A DNA stretch of 64,000 nt from Felis catus (Eukaryota), in the NCBI RefSeq assembly GCF_018350175.1, contig NC_058373.1, positions 108,874,001 through 108,938,000 of the forward strand, given 5' to 3'. The notes beneath the pieces are model-generated. The model ran no database searches and was not told the DNA's origin. It worked only from the letters and a program-made list of their open reading frames with translations. Shown piece after piece: positions 35,558 through 49,297 of this stretch (its first letter is position 1; the number at the start of each line of letters is the position of its first letter). Both the position numbers and the translations under genes were made by a program.

Positions 35558-36834
35558 ATATTGTAGGAACTGAAAAGAAGGATCAAAGCCTTGGAACTTC
35601 CTCCAGAGCACATGTCAGCCTTGAGGCTTATCCCACAGTTGCCCACCATGACTACATACGGTCCATTCTTCCCAACTGCTATAATGCTGAGAGGGTTTGT
35701 TAAAATTACAAAGTACTTGATCAAAACAGAACTGTGATTTCTTTAGCGTCTTTTCCACCATGTCTAGTAGCACCCAGTAAGAGAACAAATCAGCAAGAAA
35801 TGTTGATGACACAGGAAATGTTTCCTGGTCAGTAACAATAGTTCTCATGCTTGCTGTGGAGGAGCAGAGGAACAGCTGATGTGAGCGAATGTTAGCGCCT
35901 GGGCTTGTAGCTGGGGTAATATTTGATTTGATAATAATGGCTGCTGCTTTTTTTTCTTTTTAGAACAGACCTACTTTCTTCTCTGTTTGCTCAGCTTTTT
36001 ACTTTTTAGAAGGGAGAGAAGGGCATGTACAAAAAAACTGTCACAATATTATATCAGAGCCTCTATGGAAGCTCATGAGAGAAAACATGGAAATAGAGTT
36101 CCAGAAAACATTTGCTTTTGAGAAAAGGAAAATTTTAATTTACTCTAGCATCACCCAAATATGCAGTGGGAATTTCATCTCCTTTTATCCACCTTTAGAA
36201 TCCAGACAGGCCTGAGCTGGCAGATGGACTGACCCAGGTCCATTTGCTGGGAGATGAAAAATCTAAGGGAGCTCATCTCAAGAGAAGAATGATGTGCTGA
36301 CCTGGTTCAGTTCCTTAACTGATGGACAGGCAGTGATAGGTTCATTGTGATGGTTATTACTTGAATTTCTTCATTTTCTTCATAGCACTTGCCTAGTTTC
36401 TAGGGAGATAGAAAGGCACAATTAAAATTTTTAAGAGCTGTTCTACTAAACTCTAATATGTTAGGACCCCTTTATTTCAATGCAACACAGAAGTTTTTAA
36501 AAGGCTCACCTTCCTCCTGTATCACAGACCCCCTGAGAATTTGCCATCTTGTGTTCTTTAGTTTTTCAGTGACCATACCAGGCAGAAGGTGATATCCACA
36601 CAGGCCATGGGAAGATCTACTAGGAGCAGACTTCCTTGTGCATACCTGAGAAACTCTCCCTGGAGATACTCAGAACTATGGGGCTTTAATTTTGAGGAGA
36701 AAGAAGTACTTTCAAAGGGCTTGGGTATCTTGCTTCAGAATGTGTGAGCAAGTCCCAACTACATGTGTGACTCTTTACCTGCCCAGATGTTAATGAGGTG
36801 TGGGGGATTTGGGTTATAAAAATAATTGGGAACC

Positions 36835-37235
36835 GTATTAGTTTTTTAGGGCTGATATAACAAAATACAAGCTGGGTGACTTAAAACAACATAAATTTCT
36901 TCTTTCACAGCTCTGGAGGCTAGAAGTCTAAAATTAATGTGTCAGTAGGATTGGTTCTCTCTGAAGCCTCTGAGGGAGAATCTGTTCCTGGCCTTTCTAC
37001 CAGCTTCTGGTGGTTGCTGGGAATCCTCAGCATTTGTTCTGGCTTGTAGAAATATCCCTCCTATCTCTGCTTCAGTCTTCACGTGGTGTTCTCCCTCTTT
37101 GTAAATTTCTGTGTCCTCTATTGTCAGTATAAGGGCACTAATCATTGCATTTAGGGTCCACTCTAATCCTGTATGATGTCATCTTATCTGATAACATCTG
37201 CAAAAATTCTGTTTCCAAATAAAGTTGAATTTAGA
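36835..37235 (-). mobile_element. MaLR MLT1 (C-like) solo LTR
   Basis: 'gtattagttttttagggctg...ttaaaacaaca...cacagctctggaggctagaagtc...gagggagaatctgttcc...tttccaaataa'. Confidence 0.88.
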
Positions 37236-39423
37236 GTCCATCATCCAGGTAATATGAAGAGTGACTTTTGTCTTCTGTCAGGATATTTATACATTTAAAC
37301 TCCTAACTTGATCAGCAATCTGAGTCCTCAGAGGGAATAAATGTGTCAAGTCACAGTTGTAACAAAAACCAGCAAAAGGCGTCTTCATACTCTGATCTAC
37401 AAGACAGATTTATTGTAGGAAATTTTACAATTATTTCAAATGACATTCTCCTGGTGCCCGTTCAGAAATCCAAAATGTCTTTTATGTGGAATTCCATTCT
37501 TGGTATGCTTAATTTAGGAAGACTCCTGATAAGTCAATTTGTTAAAAAATGAAAAATAAAGGTCATATCAGATTTCAGAATAAGGGCCCAGAGAAACTGC
37601 CTGAATTAAGTGTTTGGAAGAATAGTGGTTAGTGAAAGTCACACATGATAAGATCAGATTAAAGATAACAGGAAGTCTGAGATTCTAAAACCTGCTTTCA
37701 GTTGGCATAGTTTTCCTTTCATCCAATCTGAGGATGAAAAGAAGAAATCTATATACAAGCAATTTATTCTTCCAATTCTTAAAATCATCATGTTCTTTCT
37801 AGCTCTAAAGGAAATGGCAAGAGACCAGAGCCATCTTTGCGAACAGTTCCATTTGAAGTCTGAATAATCTGCTCCATTACCATCTCCTGGAGTTACTTTG
37901 TATTATTCACATATGCTTCATACTGTTTTCTATCAATTTCCTTTTGCATAATTGATCAGGAACTAAAATTACCTAGATTTGTTATTGGCACAGGAGATGT
38001 TGCTAGCTTTGTGTAAGTATGCCTTTAATATTTTTTTCTCTAGCAGAGCCTCACAAATCCTTCCATTAACATAAAAACAATACAACAAAGGAGAAAGGCT
38101 TTAAATGAATGATGGCTGATGAGGTCATTTGGGATACCATAAATATGCATTTTTGCTTTCTTCAAACATGATCACCACTTTACTTTAAAGTTAGTGCTAA
38201 AAGTTTTGTCTCCCATAATTGACTGAAATTTTTAAGCCCAAGAATTATGCCATATTCATATTTGGGACCCAGATTTTGGCATTGTGCCTGACAGAGAATA
38301 GTACTCAATGAGTGCTGAATGGAGTTGAAACTCATGTTAAGACCATGCTGTTTTCCCAAATACAATATGCCTTGTTTTTGTCCCAGAGGAGAAAGTTTGG
38401 ACTGAAGAGGCCTCTTCAGAAGAACAATGGTAGATGATAAGCTCTGAGGAAGCTTTTTTCCTTTTTTTTTTTTTTCTTTTTTTGCAGAGACCCTCTTTGG
38501 TAGTGACACACTCTGTGACTAGATCTAATTAAAAGCACCTCACATCAGGTGGGTTTACCCTTTGGGTGAGAGCTCAGAGTTCTGTCCTACAAAGTTAAAG
38601 CTGCAGGAGTAAATTTAGGTTTTACATTCCATCATTCTTATTCTAGTTAGAACTTTGAGGTGATTATAACATAGTTTATTATGTTATTCCTACTGTATTT
38701 ACCTTGTGTCACTGCCATAATTATTATACATTTACATGCATTACAACTTGAAAAAAGTTTAGCTACTTGCAATCATTTAAAGAATTATCATCCGTTGACT
38801 ATCCTATCACTAATTTAAATATAGATTAATAGAATTCTGGGTTTTCTGCATAGGAAAGAACTCTCATATTAGTAGTTTCCTCTTGTAGCTACTTTCATGC
38901 CTAAAACACAGAATAATACACAACTTAACTCATCTTCTGGCGTTCAAAACAAAATAAATAAGAAGTGGAAGAAATCCTGTAAACAGTGTTCTTCTATTAC
39001 TGACAAGAGGCACTCTGCTTTTATTCATGCTGAAAACCAAAGTCACCCTAGGGAGAAATTGAAGCTCCTGGCAGGTGAAGGGAATGTCAGTTTTAGGACT
39101 TAGTGAAGCCTGGTTTTCACGTCTTTCTCTCACTCCCTCCAGCACTTTCTGAAGCAAAGTCTTAGGCTGTGGGCCAGACTACAATCTTGACATGAAATCT
39201 GCTGCTCTAATTTAGATCCTTCTAAGCAAAAATGCTCTATTACAAAAAGTTTTCTTTCATATATTAAAAAATAAAATATTATTTTTAAGAATGTTCTAGA
39301 ATTTACATTTTTGAACATTCTTGAGATGATAGCATTTTAAGCCCCTGGCATAGTACATTGCCACCTGAAGCCAAAATTCTAATAAACTTTGTATATTGCA
39401 GAATAGATTCTCCCAAACGCAAA

Positions 39424-39467
39424 ATAATAATAATGATGATAATAATAATAATAATAATAATAATAAT
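39424..39467. repeat. (AAT)n microsatellite
   Basis: Direct inspection. Confidence 0.92.
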
Positions 39468-40889
39468 GGCTATGCCTACCATTTAATTTTTATTACTCAT
39501 GATGTATCAGATGAATGTGGTTCAGCATGTTAGCTATAATGTAACAATTATAAGAAGTTATGGCAGTTGCCATTATGATTATTAGCAGTGTTATAATGAT
39601 TCCAGTTAAGCTCATCCTTATAAAAACTGCATGTTTCATAAAAATAAAGAATTGATTAGAACTGTCACTTTTAATGGGAATATGATAGAAAGTTGAATTT
39701 CAGTATCATCTAATGCAGTATTATTATCATTAATAAGCTCTGGTTCTATGTAAGAACAAAAAAAATGCAAAACATAACAAACAAAAAACCTCCAGGGACA
39801 GCCCCCACTTATCTTCAACTCTCTAGTAGAACATTCAGAGGGTAAAATTCACTAGTTGTACCTTTAGAGAGTAAAACTCCATGTACCACATTTTGATAGT
39901 TATTTCAAATATCTACTCAAAATTCAGTACTTGATTTGGACTAAGGGGAAATGTGTATAACCAGAACAGCTAAAAGTAATATCACAAAATAGACTAGTCC
40001 TTGAAATATTATGCCATGGCCTTCATAGTGTGCTATTTGGTCTTAAGTGACACTCTGCCTATGAATCTTTGCACTTATGCTCCAAAGTACAAAAAATTCT
40101 GCTGAATTGTATCTTGGGGAGAAGTTGAAATTCTGGGTATCACAACAAATATTTATGAGCATCAGAAACATAAAAACTTCAGTGCTTGAGAATTTCAGTG
40201 CTCAAATGTCCTTCAGGAGATTGTCTAGCCTACCCCAAAGCATAAGATAGTGTCGCAGCTAGATAATTACCCTATTTGTGACAATGGAGATTCCAATGAA
40301 TTTTTTATTATCCCAAAGAAGTATTCACCAGCTTTTAGATGTAGGAAATTCTTTTATCTAATCAAAAAACTGCAGGTCTAAGTAAAAGTCCTTTTCTTAT
40401 TTCATTGTTATTTAGTGCGCTAAAGAGAGGATTTTTGACATAGACCATGAGCAGCATATGGCTTTTCTATCTCCAAATGAAAATGAATACATGAAGTATA
40501 TTTGAAAGTGGCTCAGAGGAAATGTGCCAGGACTTTTCAGTCTTTTTTTGGACCACCCTCCACATCTAATCAATGGTTCTTTTCTAAGCTTTGACAGCAC
40601 TTTGATCTCATTGGCAACAGAATTGCCAGACTAGGGGACCCTGTTCAGGGTAGGACCATCTTCCACAAATCTGAGACGTAAATGCCTATTTCTCTTCAAA
40701 TGTATCCCTTTTAATATATTCACATTTTCTTCCCATACCACTTTTTGAAGGAATGAGGTTGATAGATATTTTTCCTGTTGTCAAAATTAGTGAAATATTC
40801 TTCTTTTGCCCTAGGCTTACCTCAAGAAGTTTAAATAGGAGCTTCCAACCCATTGTCCTGGCAGTTTTTAAGTCTTATATTTCAAAATT

Positions 40890-42102
40890 TAGTCTTTTTT
40901 CTTTGGAAATAAAATGTATATACAATAAATGCCCTTGTCTAAGTATACAAATCTTGAAATTTTGAAGAAGGCAGACACCTGGGTAACTCATACTCATTAT
41001 CAAAATATAGAACATTTTCATTACCTCAGAATGTTTTTTCATGCTTTCCCATCTGATTTGTCTTCACCAAAAGCAACTACTCTTCTGATTTGTTCTGCCT
41101 GCCCTAGGATTTCATATAAATGGAATCACACAATACACAATCTTACTTCCTTTTGCATAATGCTTATGAGTTTCTTGAATGTTGTGTGTATTTTTGTTGT
41201 TATTGGGATAATACCAAAGTTCCATTATTTTACTACTGATGAATGTTTACATGGTTTCCAGTTTTATTGCTACTGTGAATAAAGCTGATGGAACATTCTT
41301 GTATAAGTATCTATCCTGACATATTTTATTTCTCTTCGGTAAGTACCCAGGAGTGAAATTGTTGAATTATGGGATAGGTATTTAATTAACTTTATAAGGC
41401 ACTTCCAAACTGCTGAATTTTTTAACTTTTGACTCTCCCACTAATAACATATAAGAATTTCAGTTGTTTTCCAGTCTCACCAAAGTTTGGTACTGACAGC
41501 CTCTTTATTTTAGCCATTCTAGTAATTTTAAATGGCATCTCATTATTGTTTTGATATCTTATTTTCTGAAAACTAATGATGTTAATATGCTTTTATCTGT
41601 GTGTTGGGCATTCATGTATCATCTTTTGCAGTATGTCTATCCAAGTCCTTTTTATGTTTTTAAAACTACATTGTTGTCTGTTCTTGAGTTGTAGGACTTC
41701 TTTGTATATTCTGAGTATAAGTTTTTTTCAGATATGTATTTTATGACATATATCTGTTGCTTGTTCATTTTCTTAAAGTTGTATTTTGATGCAAGGTCTT
41801 AAGTGTATTTTATAATTTTTTTCTTTTATGGTTCTTGCTTTCTGTGTCTTCTTTAGATATGTTTGCCTAACCTCAGGTCACAAAGATATTCTCATGTTTT
41901 CATTGAGAAGCTATATAATTTTAACTTTTATTTTTAGGTGTATAATCTTTCTCAAAATTTTTTTACATGGTGAGGCATAAGAGTTGAAATATACTTTGTT
42001 TTTAAATGTATATTAGGTTATTCAAAACCCATTTGTAGAAAATGACTGAATTTTTATTGAATTGTTCCATTGAATTGCTTTTATCACTATATCAAAAACA
42101 AT
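40890..42102 (-). mobile_element. Old L1 3' end (L1MD/ME-like)
   Basis: 'tttcatataaatggaatcacacaata', 'ggtaagtacccaggagtgaaattg', 'ttttagccattctagt', 'caggtcacaaagatattctc'. Confidence 0.85.
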
Positions 42103-42289
42103 TAGGACAACTAAAATATAGACAGGATAACACAACAACAAGTGAAGGAAGACTGAAGGGTGAAAACAAGATAGCGTGCTGCAGAAACCTCCAACTCTGA
42201 AGCCAAAAAGCACGGTTAAAAAGAAAGAAATTAAGAAGTTAATAAAGAAAGAAAAAGAAAGGAAGGAAGAACGGAAGGAAGATTTCAAT

Positions 42290-42565
42290 TAAAGCCTTCC
42301 CTCTAGGCTAAGGGCTAGCAAAAGGGTGGCCCAATAAGAGTAAACTTATTTGAAATACCCACTTCATTCCAATAAAACACCAGTAGAAAAACTTTAGGCC
42401 CATCCCTTATGGTTTGAGGAAGGCCAAGTGGGAAATTGATCTTTCACCAGCCCAGCAGAAGCAGGCAGCACTCTGATTCCCCTGCCAGATGGTGGCGGTG
42501 AACCAAGAGAAGAAGCTTTATTCTTACTGGCCTAAAGGAGACTGTATTCCAATTCCCAAACCAAG
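42290..42565 (+). mobile_element. Probable old L1 5'UTR fragment
   Basis: 'aggctaagggctagcaaaagggtggcc...aaaacaccagtagaaaaact...aggccaagtggga...cactctgattcccctgccag' resembles L1MD-type 5' end. Confidence 0.45.
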
Positions 42566-42569
42566 GGTA

Positions 42570-42795
42570 GTATCGGGGAGGAAGACCTTCCTCTGCCCTT
42601 CAAGGTCCTTCTAGCTGGAGTTAGAATCAAATTAACATGAGACAGATTAATTGGAGTCATGAAAGTCCAAAAACAATGAGTCAACATGAAGCTTATATGA
42701 GCTAAGGACATGGGCAGGGTCTGAGGATACAAAGGGGACAAAGGCCATTAGCAAGAAGGTGGAAAAAACAAAGGTTACCCTGTAATGCAGTTTTA
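42570..42795. mobile_element. ERV1-type LTR fragment
   Basis: 'ggggaggaagaccttcctctgcccttcaaggtccttctagctggagttagaatcaaattaacatgagacagattaa' resembles a carnivore LTR terminus. Confidence 0.55.
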
Positions 42796-42897
42796 TTGAG
42801 CTTATGTTGACAAAGAAAATTTTAAGATCATATTAAATATTTGGAGTATTTCACTCCAACACAAGGTATACCTTACTCAAGAATAGATCTTACTAAG

Positions 42898-44912
42898 AAT
42901 AGATCTTCTTTGAATTGTTTCATTAGTGATTTGTAAAATTATGCATAGAGAGCCTGAACTTGTTTTCTTAAATGTATACCTAAATATTTTAATTTTGAGT
43001 GCTATTCTAAATGATAGTTTTAAAATTTCAGTTTCTAATTATTCATTGCTAATCTATAGAGATAAGACTGATATTTGTGTGCCAACCTTGTGCCTTCTAG
43101 CCTTCTTAAAGTCATTTATTAGTTCTAGGAACTTTTTGCTAGATTCCATGGTCATTTTCACTCATAAAATCTATAATCTGTGAATAGGGACAGTTAGATC
43201 TCTTGCCTTCTGAGGTCAGAAATGCCTTTCATTTCTTTCCTTTGCCTTAATGTACTGAAAGTGGCTTATAGTATGATGTTGAATAGTAATGGAGGTAGAT
43301 AGTTTGCCTTATTCACAACACTAGAGTGAACACATTCAATTTCCTACCATTAAGTGATATTTGAGGTAGGATTTTGTGGATGCTGTTTATCAGATTAAGG
43401 ACATGCCTTTCTATTCCTACATGATATGTTTTTATGATGAATGGATGTTGAATTTTGTCAAAATCTTTTCCTGCATCAATTGATATAATCATATGATTTT
43501 CTCATTATGTTAATATGAGGATTACATTGACTGATTTTCAGTATTCCACCAACCTTTCATTCCTGGTGTAAACATCACTTGGTTATGTTGTACTATTTTT
43601 TTCTGTATGTTATTAGTTTAGATTTGCTAGTATATTATTGAAGATTTCTGTGTTTGAGTTGAAGAGAAATACTTGTCTATTATTGACTTGTGTGTCTTAG
43701 TAGAAGTTTGTCAATATTATTGATGTTTTCAAAGCATTATCTTGAGTTTCATAGATCTGTATTTTTTCTGTTTTCAGTTTTATTGATTAGTTCTCATTAT
43801 TATTTTCCTTTTTCTAGTTTGAGTTACTTTGCCTTTTTTTTAGTTGTTGAGGTGAAAATGTAGATCATTTATTTGAGATCTTTCTTCTTTACTCATATAA
43901 CCGTTTAAAGGTGTAAATTTACTGGGGTGCCTGGGTGGCGCAGTCGGTTAAGCGTCCGACTTCAGCCAGGTCATGATCTCGCGGTCCGTGAGTTTGAGCC
44001 CCACGTCAGGCTCTGGCCTGATGGCTCAGAGCCTGGAGCCTGTTTCCGATTCTGTGTCTCCCTCTCTCTCTGCCCCTCCCCCGTTCATGCTCTGTCTCTC
44101 TCTGTCCCCAAAATAAAAAAAATAATAAAAATAAATAAAAATAAATAAAAAAAATAAAGGTGTAAATTTACCACTAAGCACTGCCTTAGTTACATCCCAC
44201 AAACTTTTATTTATTTGGACTTTCATTTTCATTCAGTTCAAAATATTTTCTAATTTTCCTTGTGGCTTCCTTTTTGATCCATGTGCTATTTAGAAGTGTG
44301 TTGTTTAATTTCCAAGTACTTGTAGAGTTTTTATCTTTCTGTTATTGAGTCCTTGTTGAAATCCATTATGGTCAGAGAACATAAATTGTATGATTTCATA
44401 ATTTTGATTTGGTAATTTTTTATGATATAGTAGTTTTGTTTTAAGATATAGTTTGAAGAAGATACAAGATACAGCCTATTTTGGTGAGTGATCCATAGGA
44501 TTTGAAAATACTGTATATCCTGTTGTTGGGTGGCAGTATTTTCAAAAAGTATGGTAGTTGGTTACCGGTGTTATTTAATTTTTCTATGTACTTACTGACT
44601 TTCTATTGATCACTGAGAAAGGGGTTTTGAATTCTCCAATTATAATTATGCATTTATTCATTTTGCCTTTCAGTTCTATCAGTTTTTGCTTCATTTGGTT
44701 TGAAATTCTAGTGGCATGTGCTATATATAAGCAAACACATTTAAGTTTGTTGTGTCTTCTTGCTGACTTGACCTTTTGATTGTATACAATTCCCTCTTTA
44801 TCCCTGGTAACTTTACTTGATCTGATACAAATTTTTTTCTCAGAATATATCCACTCCAGTTTTCTATTGATTAGTCTATATATGCAACATCTTTTTGCAC
44901 ACTTTTACTTAA
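42898..44912 (-). mobile_element. Old L1 ORF2 fragments (RT to endonuclease region)
   Basis: 'aatggatgttgaattttgtcaaa', 'tttagaagtgtgttgtttaatttcca', 'ccattatggtcagagaaca', 'cagttctatcagtttttgcttca'. Confidence 0.85.
43924..44154 (+). mobile_element. Young SINEC_Fc-like SINE
   Basis: Perfect 17-bp TSD taaaggtgtaaatttac at 43906-43922 and 44155-44171. Confidence 0.98.
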
Positions 44913-44914
44913 AA

Positions 44915-46650
44915 AAACCTTTGTTGTAATAAAATATACGTAACATAAAATTTACCATTTTAACTAATTTTAAGTATACAATTTACTAAGATTGAGTACA
45001 TTCACATTGTTATGTAGCAATCACCACCATATATCTCCAAAACTTTTTCATCATTCCAAACAGAATCTGTACCTATTAGGTATTAACTCCCCATTCTCCC
45101 ATCCCCAGAGCCTCTGGTAACATCTATTTTATTTTCTGTTTCTAAGAATTTGCTTATTCTAGGTACCTCACATACATAGGGTTATACAATATTTATGTCT
45201 GGCTTATTTCACTTAGAAAAATGCTTTCAAGGCTCATCCAAGTTGCATCATGTATCAGAATTTCATTCCTTTTAGAGTTGAATAACATCCTGTTATATGT
45301 ATGTGCCAAGTTTGTTTATTCATCTGTTGTGGACTTTTAGGTTGTTTCCAATCTATTGGCTATTGTGAATAATGCTGCTATGTACATTGGTATACAGGTA
45401 TCTATTTGAATGATGCTTTTAGGTATATAATGAGAAGTAGAATTGCTGTATTGTATAGTAATTTTATGTTTAGCTTTATGATGAACCACCAAACTTTTTT
45501 TACATAGTGGCCATACCGTCTTATATTCCCACCAGCGATGCACAAGGGTTCCAATTTCTCCAACATGCTCATCAACACTTGTTATTTTCCTATTTTTTAG
45601 TATTCTAATGGATGTGAAGAAGTGGTATCTCCTTGTGATTGTAATTTTGATTTACCTAATGGCTAGTGATGCTGAGATATTTCTATGTGCTCATTGGCCA
45701 TTTTCATATTGCATATATTTGCATATATTTGGTGTCATATTCAATCCATCGACAGATCAAATGTTATTAATATTTTTCTCTAAATTCTTATCCTTTTAGT
45801 TCTTACATTGAGATATGTTATCTATTTTGAGTTAATTTTTGTATATGGTGTAAGGGCCCAATTTCATTCTTTTACATGTTGATATCCAGTTTTCCCAACA
45901 CCATCTGTTGACAATCTTTTCAAGATTGACAAGATTTGACAAGAGTGTCAAAAATCAATTGACCATATAGGTGATAATTTATTTCTGGGTTCTGTTTTGT
46001 TCCATTTGTCTATATTTATATTCCCATGCTTGAACCACACTGTTTTGATTTTTGTAGCTTTGTAAAAAGATCCGAAATCAAGAAGTGTGAATCTTCCAAC
46101 TTTATTCTTCTTTTTCAAATTATTTAGCCTATTTGGGATCTCTTGAAATTCCATCTATATTTAAGTATATATTTTTCTATTTATGCAAAATCATTGAGGT
46201 TTTGATAGGGATTACACTGAATCTGTAGATGGCTTTGGGTAGTATTGTCATCTTAACAATATTAAGTCTTACAGTCAATGAATGTGGGGTATCTTTCATT
46301 TATTTATAACTTCTTTAATACATTACAGGAATGTTTTATGCTTTGCAGTGTATGAGTCTTTTCAGTGCTATTTTAAATGACATTTTTTTCTTAATTTCCT
46401 CTTCAGATTTCTCATCATTAATGTATAAATGCCACTGCTTTTTGCAAGTTGATTTTACATCTTACAATTTTTCAGAATATGTTTAATAACTCTAACATTT
46501 TTGTGGAATATTTAGGGTTTCTAAGTATAAAATTCATGTCCTCTATGGACAGAAATCATTTTACTTCTTCCTTTCCAATTTGGATGTTTTGTTTGTTTAC
46601 TTGCCTAATTGCTCTGGCTAGAACTTACAATAGGAGTTGAATTGGAGAGA
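44915..46650 (-). mobile_element. L1MB-like 3' end and ORF2 C-terminal region
   Basis: 'taacataaaatttaccattttaac...gtacattcacattgtt'; ORF remnants 'HRWWEYKTVWPL' and 'KKKNKVGRFTLLDFGSFYKATKIKTVW'. Confidence 0.9.
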
Positions 46651-46695
46651 AACCATATTTGACACTATTAATAATGATAAAATTACATATGTCAG

Positions 46696-46920
46696 GGGCG
46701 CCTGGGTGGCGCAGTCGGTTAAGCGTCCGACTTCAGCCAGGTCACGATCTCGCGGTCCGTGAGTTTGAGCCCCGCGTCAGGCTCTGGGCTGATGGCTCAG
46801 AGCCTGGAGCCTGTTTCCGATTCTGTGTCTCCCTCTCTCTCTGCCCCTCCCCCGTTCATGCTCTGTCTCTCTCTGTCCCAAAAATAAATAAACGTTGAAA
46901 AAAAAAAAATTAAAAAAAAA
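46696..46920 (+). mobile_element. Young SINEC_Fc-like SINE
   Basis: Near-consensus, CpG-rich; perfect TSD aaaattacatatgtca(gg) on both sides. Confidence 0.98.
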
Positions 46921-46924
46921 AAAA

Positions 46925-47115
46925 TTACATATGTCAGGCAATAAACTAAGTATTTTATATTCATGTTCCTATTTACAGTGCTAAAAAATAGATTATCATC
47001 CCCATCTTAGAGATAAGGATAATCAAGCAGAAACTAAATAAGTTGCCCAAGATCATACATCTAGAAAATGATAGACCTGGAGTTTGAATCAGATGTGAGT
47101 GACTTCAAAAACTGT
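46925..47115 (-). mobile_element. MIR
   Basis: 'ttatcatccccatcttagagataagga...aagttgcccaagatcatacatctag...ggagtttgaatc'. Confidence 0.75.
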
Positions 47116-48226
47116 ATATTGTCCTGTATACTTTGCCTTTATGTCAATTATACAAGCACTTTCCAAATTTATGTATTTTTCATGTGCTATGTAATATCCA
47201 CTTAGGCATCTTTTTTTCTCACTGATTTATTCCAAAGAAAGACTTATCTAACCAAAATTTACATTTTTGTGGCTATTTGAAATTTTAAATATTTGCTGTG
47301 TAGAAAAAGGCTGGATGTAAAATCTTTAATTAGAGCAGATGAATGCTCTATTTTCCCAAAACTATGATAAAAATCTATCAGGAGAAGTCATGGGTGACTT
47401 TTGGAGTTTGCATCATAAATGACAAATCAGCTACACAGAAAATCCAAAAGATTCTTTAGCCTCAACTTGTATCTTATCTGAATTAGTAATTAAAACCAGA
47501 GTGCTTAATTTGTGTGATGGTGCATGAAAAATGAAGATAAGTAATTTTGTATTTGTTTTTTGAGAGCAAATACACCATTATATGAAAAAGCATAGATTAG
47601 CATCCTTCTTGGAATATTTCCAAAAATTATCCTATTTATATGAAAGAACTATAATTGCACAAGATGTACAGAGCATTGGTCTGGCAAGAAGATCAATCCT
47701 GTACTTTGGTGTATTACTGTGACTCAAATTTCCTTATTCTTTCCATAGTTTTGTAGTCACTCTTTCACTTAACATTCTTTTCTAAAATACTTGCTTTTTT
47801 CGTTCAACACTTTTTCAATACTTCTAAGACATTAGCAGCAGCAGCAGCAAAATCTCACTTCTGGAAAAAGTATTAACTAGTTTAAGAGTTGGCTGATGAA
47901 AAAGACAACAGCAGAAGTCATGGTCTTGCTTACAGTGAGGTTTTTTAAAGGTTCAAGAAAATACACAGTTGTAATCTGCTAGATTCAGTGTATATTTCTG
48001 ATTATCACATATAGTATTTTTATTATTTCATATATATGAATGAATATTTCATATATATGATATAGATTAAGGCTACAGTATGCTTCCCTGCATACCCTAT
48101 GTAGAGACAGACCTTACAGTTAGAAGGCTTTCTGTGAAACACTAGCTGTTATAAATTTGTATAAGACTTAGAGCCTTCCAACTACACTTTAAGAGTAGAT
48201 GAAACATAACAGAACTAGCTCTGTTA

Positions 48227-48458
48227 GGGGCGCCTGGGTGACTCAGTCAGTTGAATGTCTGATTCTTGATTTTGGCTCAGGTCGTGATCCCAGAGTCATG
48301 GGATCAAGTCCCAAGTCTAGCTCTGCACTGACAGAAGAGAGCCTGCTTAAGATTCTCTCTCTCTCTCTCTCTCTCTCTCTGCCCATCTCCCCACTCACAC
48401 AATCTGTCTCTCTCTAGAAAATAAATATAATATAATAAAATAAAAATTATTAAAACAA
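48227..48458 (+). mobile_element. Older Can-SINE subfamily
   Basis: 'gatcccagagtcatgggatcaag...gcctgcttaagattctctc'; TSD agaactagctctgt at 48211-48224 and 48459-48472. Confidence 0.96.
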
Positions 48459-48650
48459 AGAACTAGCTCTGTAACATAAGGGCTACCAGAATAATTCAGA
48501 ATTCTATAGAAAGAAAAATTGAAATACCATACTTTTGCCTTGTATTGTGATATAGCTACAATAACAGAATAAAGAAAGTTGAAGCTAAAGTCATCAAGGA
48601 GAATAAAGTGGCACAAAGAGAATTAAGAAATTAGAGAATTAAGAAATTCA

Positions 48651-49297
48651 ATTATTTATTTGTTTATTTATAAATTTTAGTTAACATACAGTGCAATATT
48701 GGTTTCAGGAGTAGAATTCAGTGATTCATCATTTACATACAACACCCAGTGCTCATCATAACGAGTGCCCTCTTTACTACCCATCACCCATCTAGCCCAT
48801 CTCCCACCCACATCCCTCCATCAACCCTCAGTTTATTCTCTATCATTAAGAGTCTCTTGTGGTTTGTTTCCCTTTCTTCTCTTTTCTTCCTCCTTCCCAT
48901 ATGTTCCTCTGTTTTGTTTCTTAAATTCCACATATAAGTGAAATCATATGGTATTTGTCTTCCTCTGATTTATTTCACTTTGTATAATATGTATTATCTC
49001 TATCCACATTGTTGCAAGTGTCAAGATTTCATTCTTTTCGATGGCTAAGTAATATTCCATTGTGTATATACACCACATCTTATTTATCCATTCATCAGTC
49101 AGTGGACATTTGGGCTCTCTACATAGTTTGACTATTGTTGATAATGTTGCTATAAACATTGGGGTACATGTACTCCTTTGAATCTGTATTTTTGCATCCT
49201 TTGGGTAAATACCTAATAGTATAATTGCTGGATTGTAGGGTAGTTCTATTTTTTAGTATTTTGAGGAACCTCCATTCTGTTCCCAGAGTGGCTGCAC
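48651..49297 (-). mobile_element. 5'-truncated carnivore L1 3' end
   Basis: 'ttagttaacatacagtgcaatattggtttcagg', 'gtgaaatcatatggtatttgtc', 'ttttgaggaacctcca'; remnant 'KCPLTDEWINKMWCIYTMEYYLAIEKNEI'. Confidence 0.95.
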
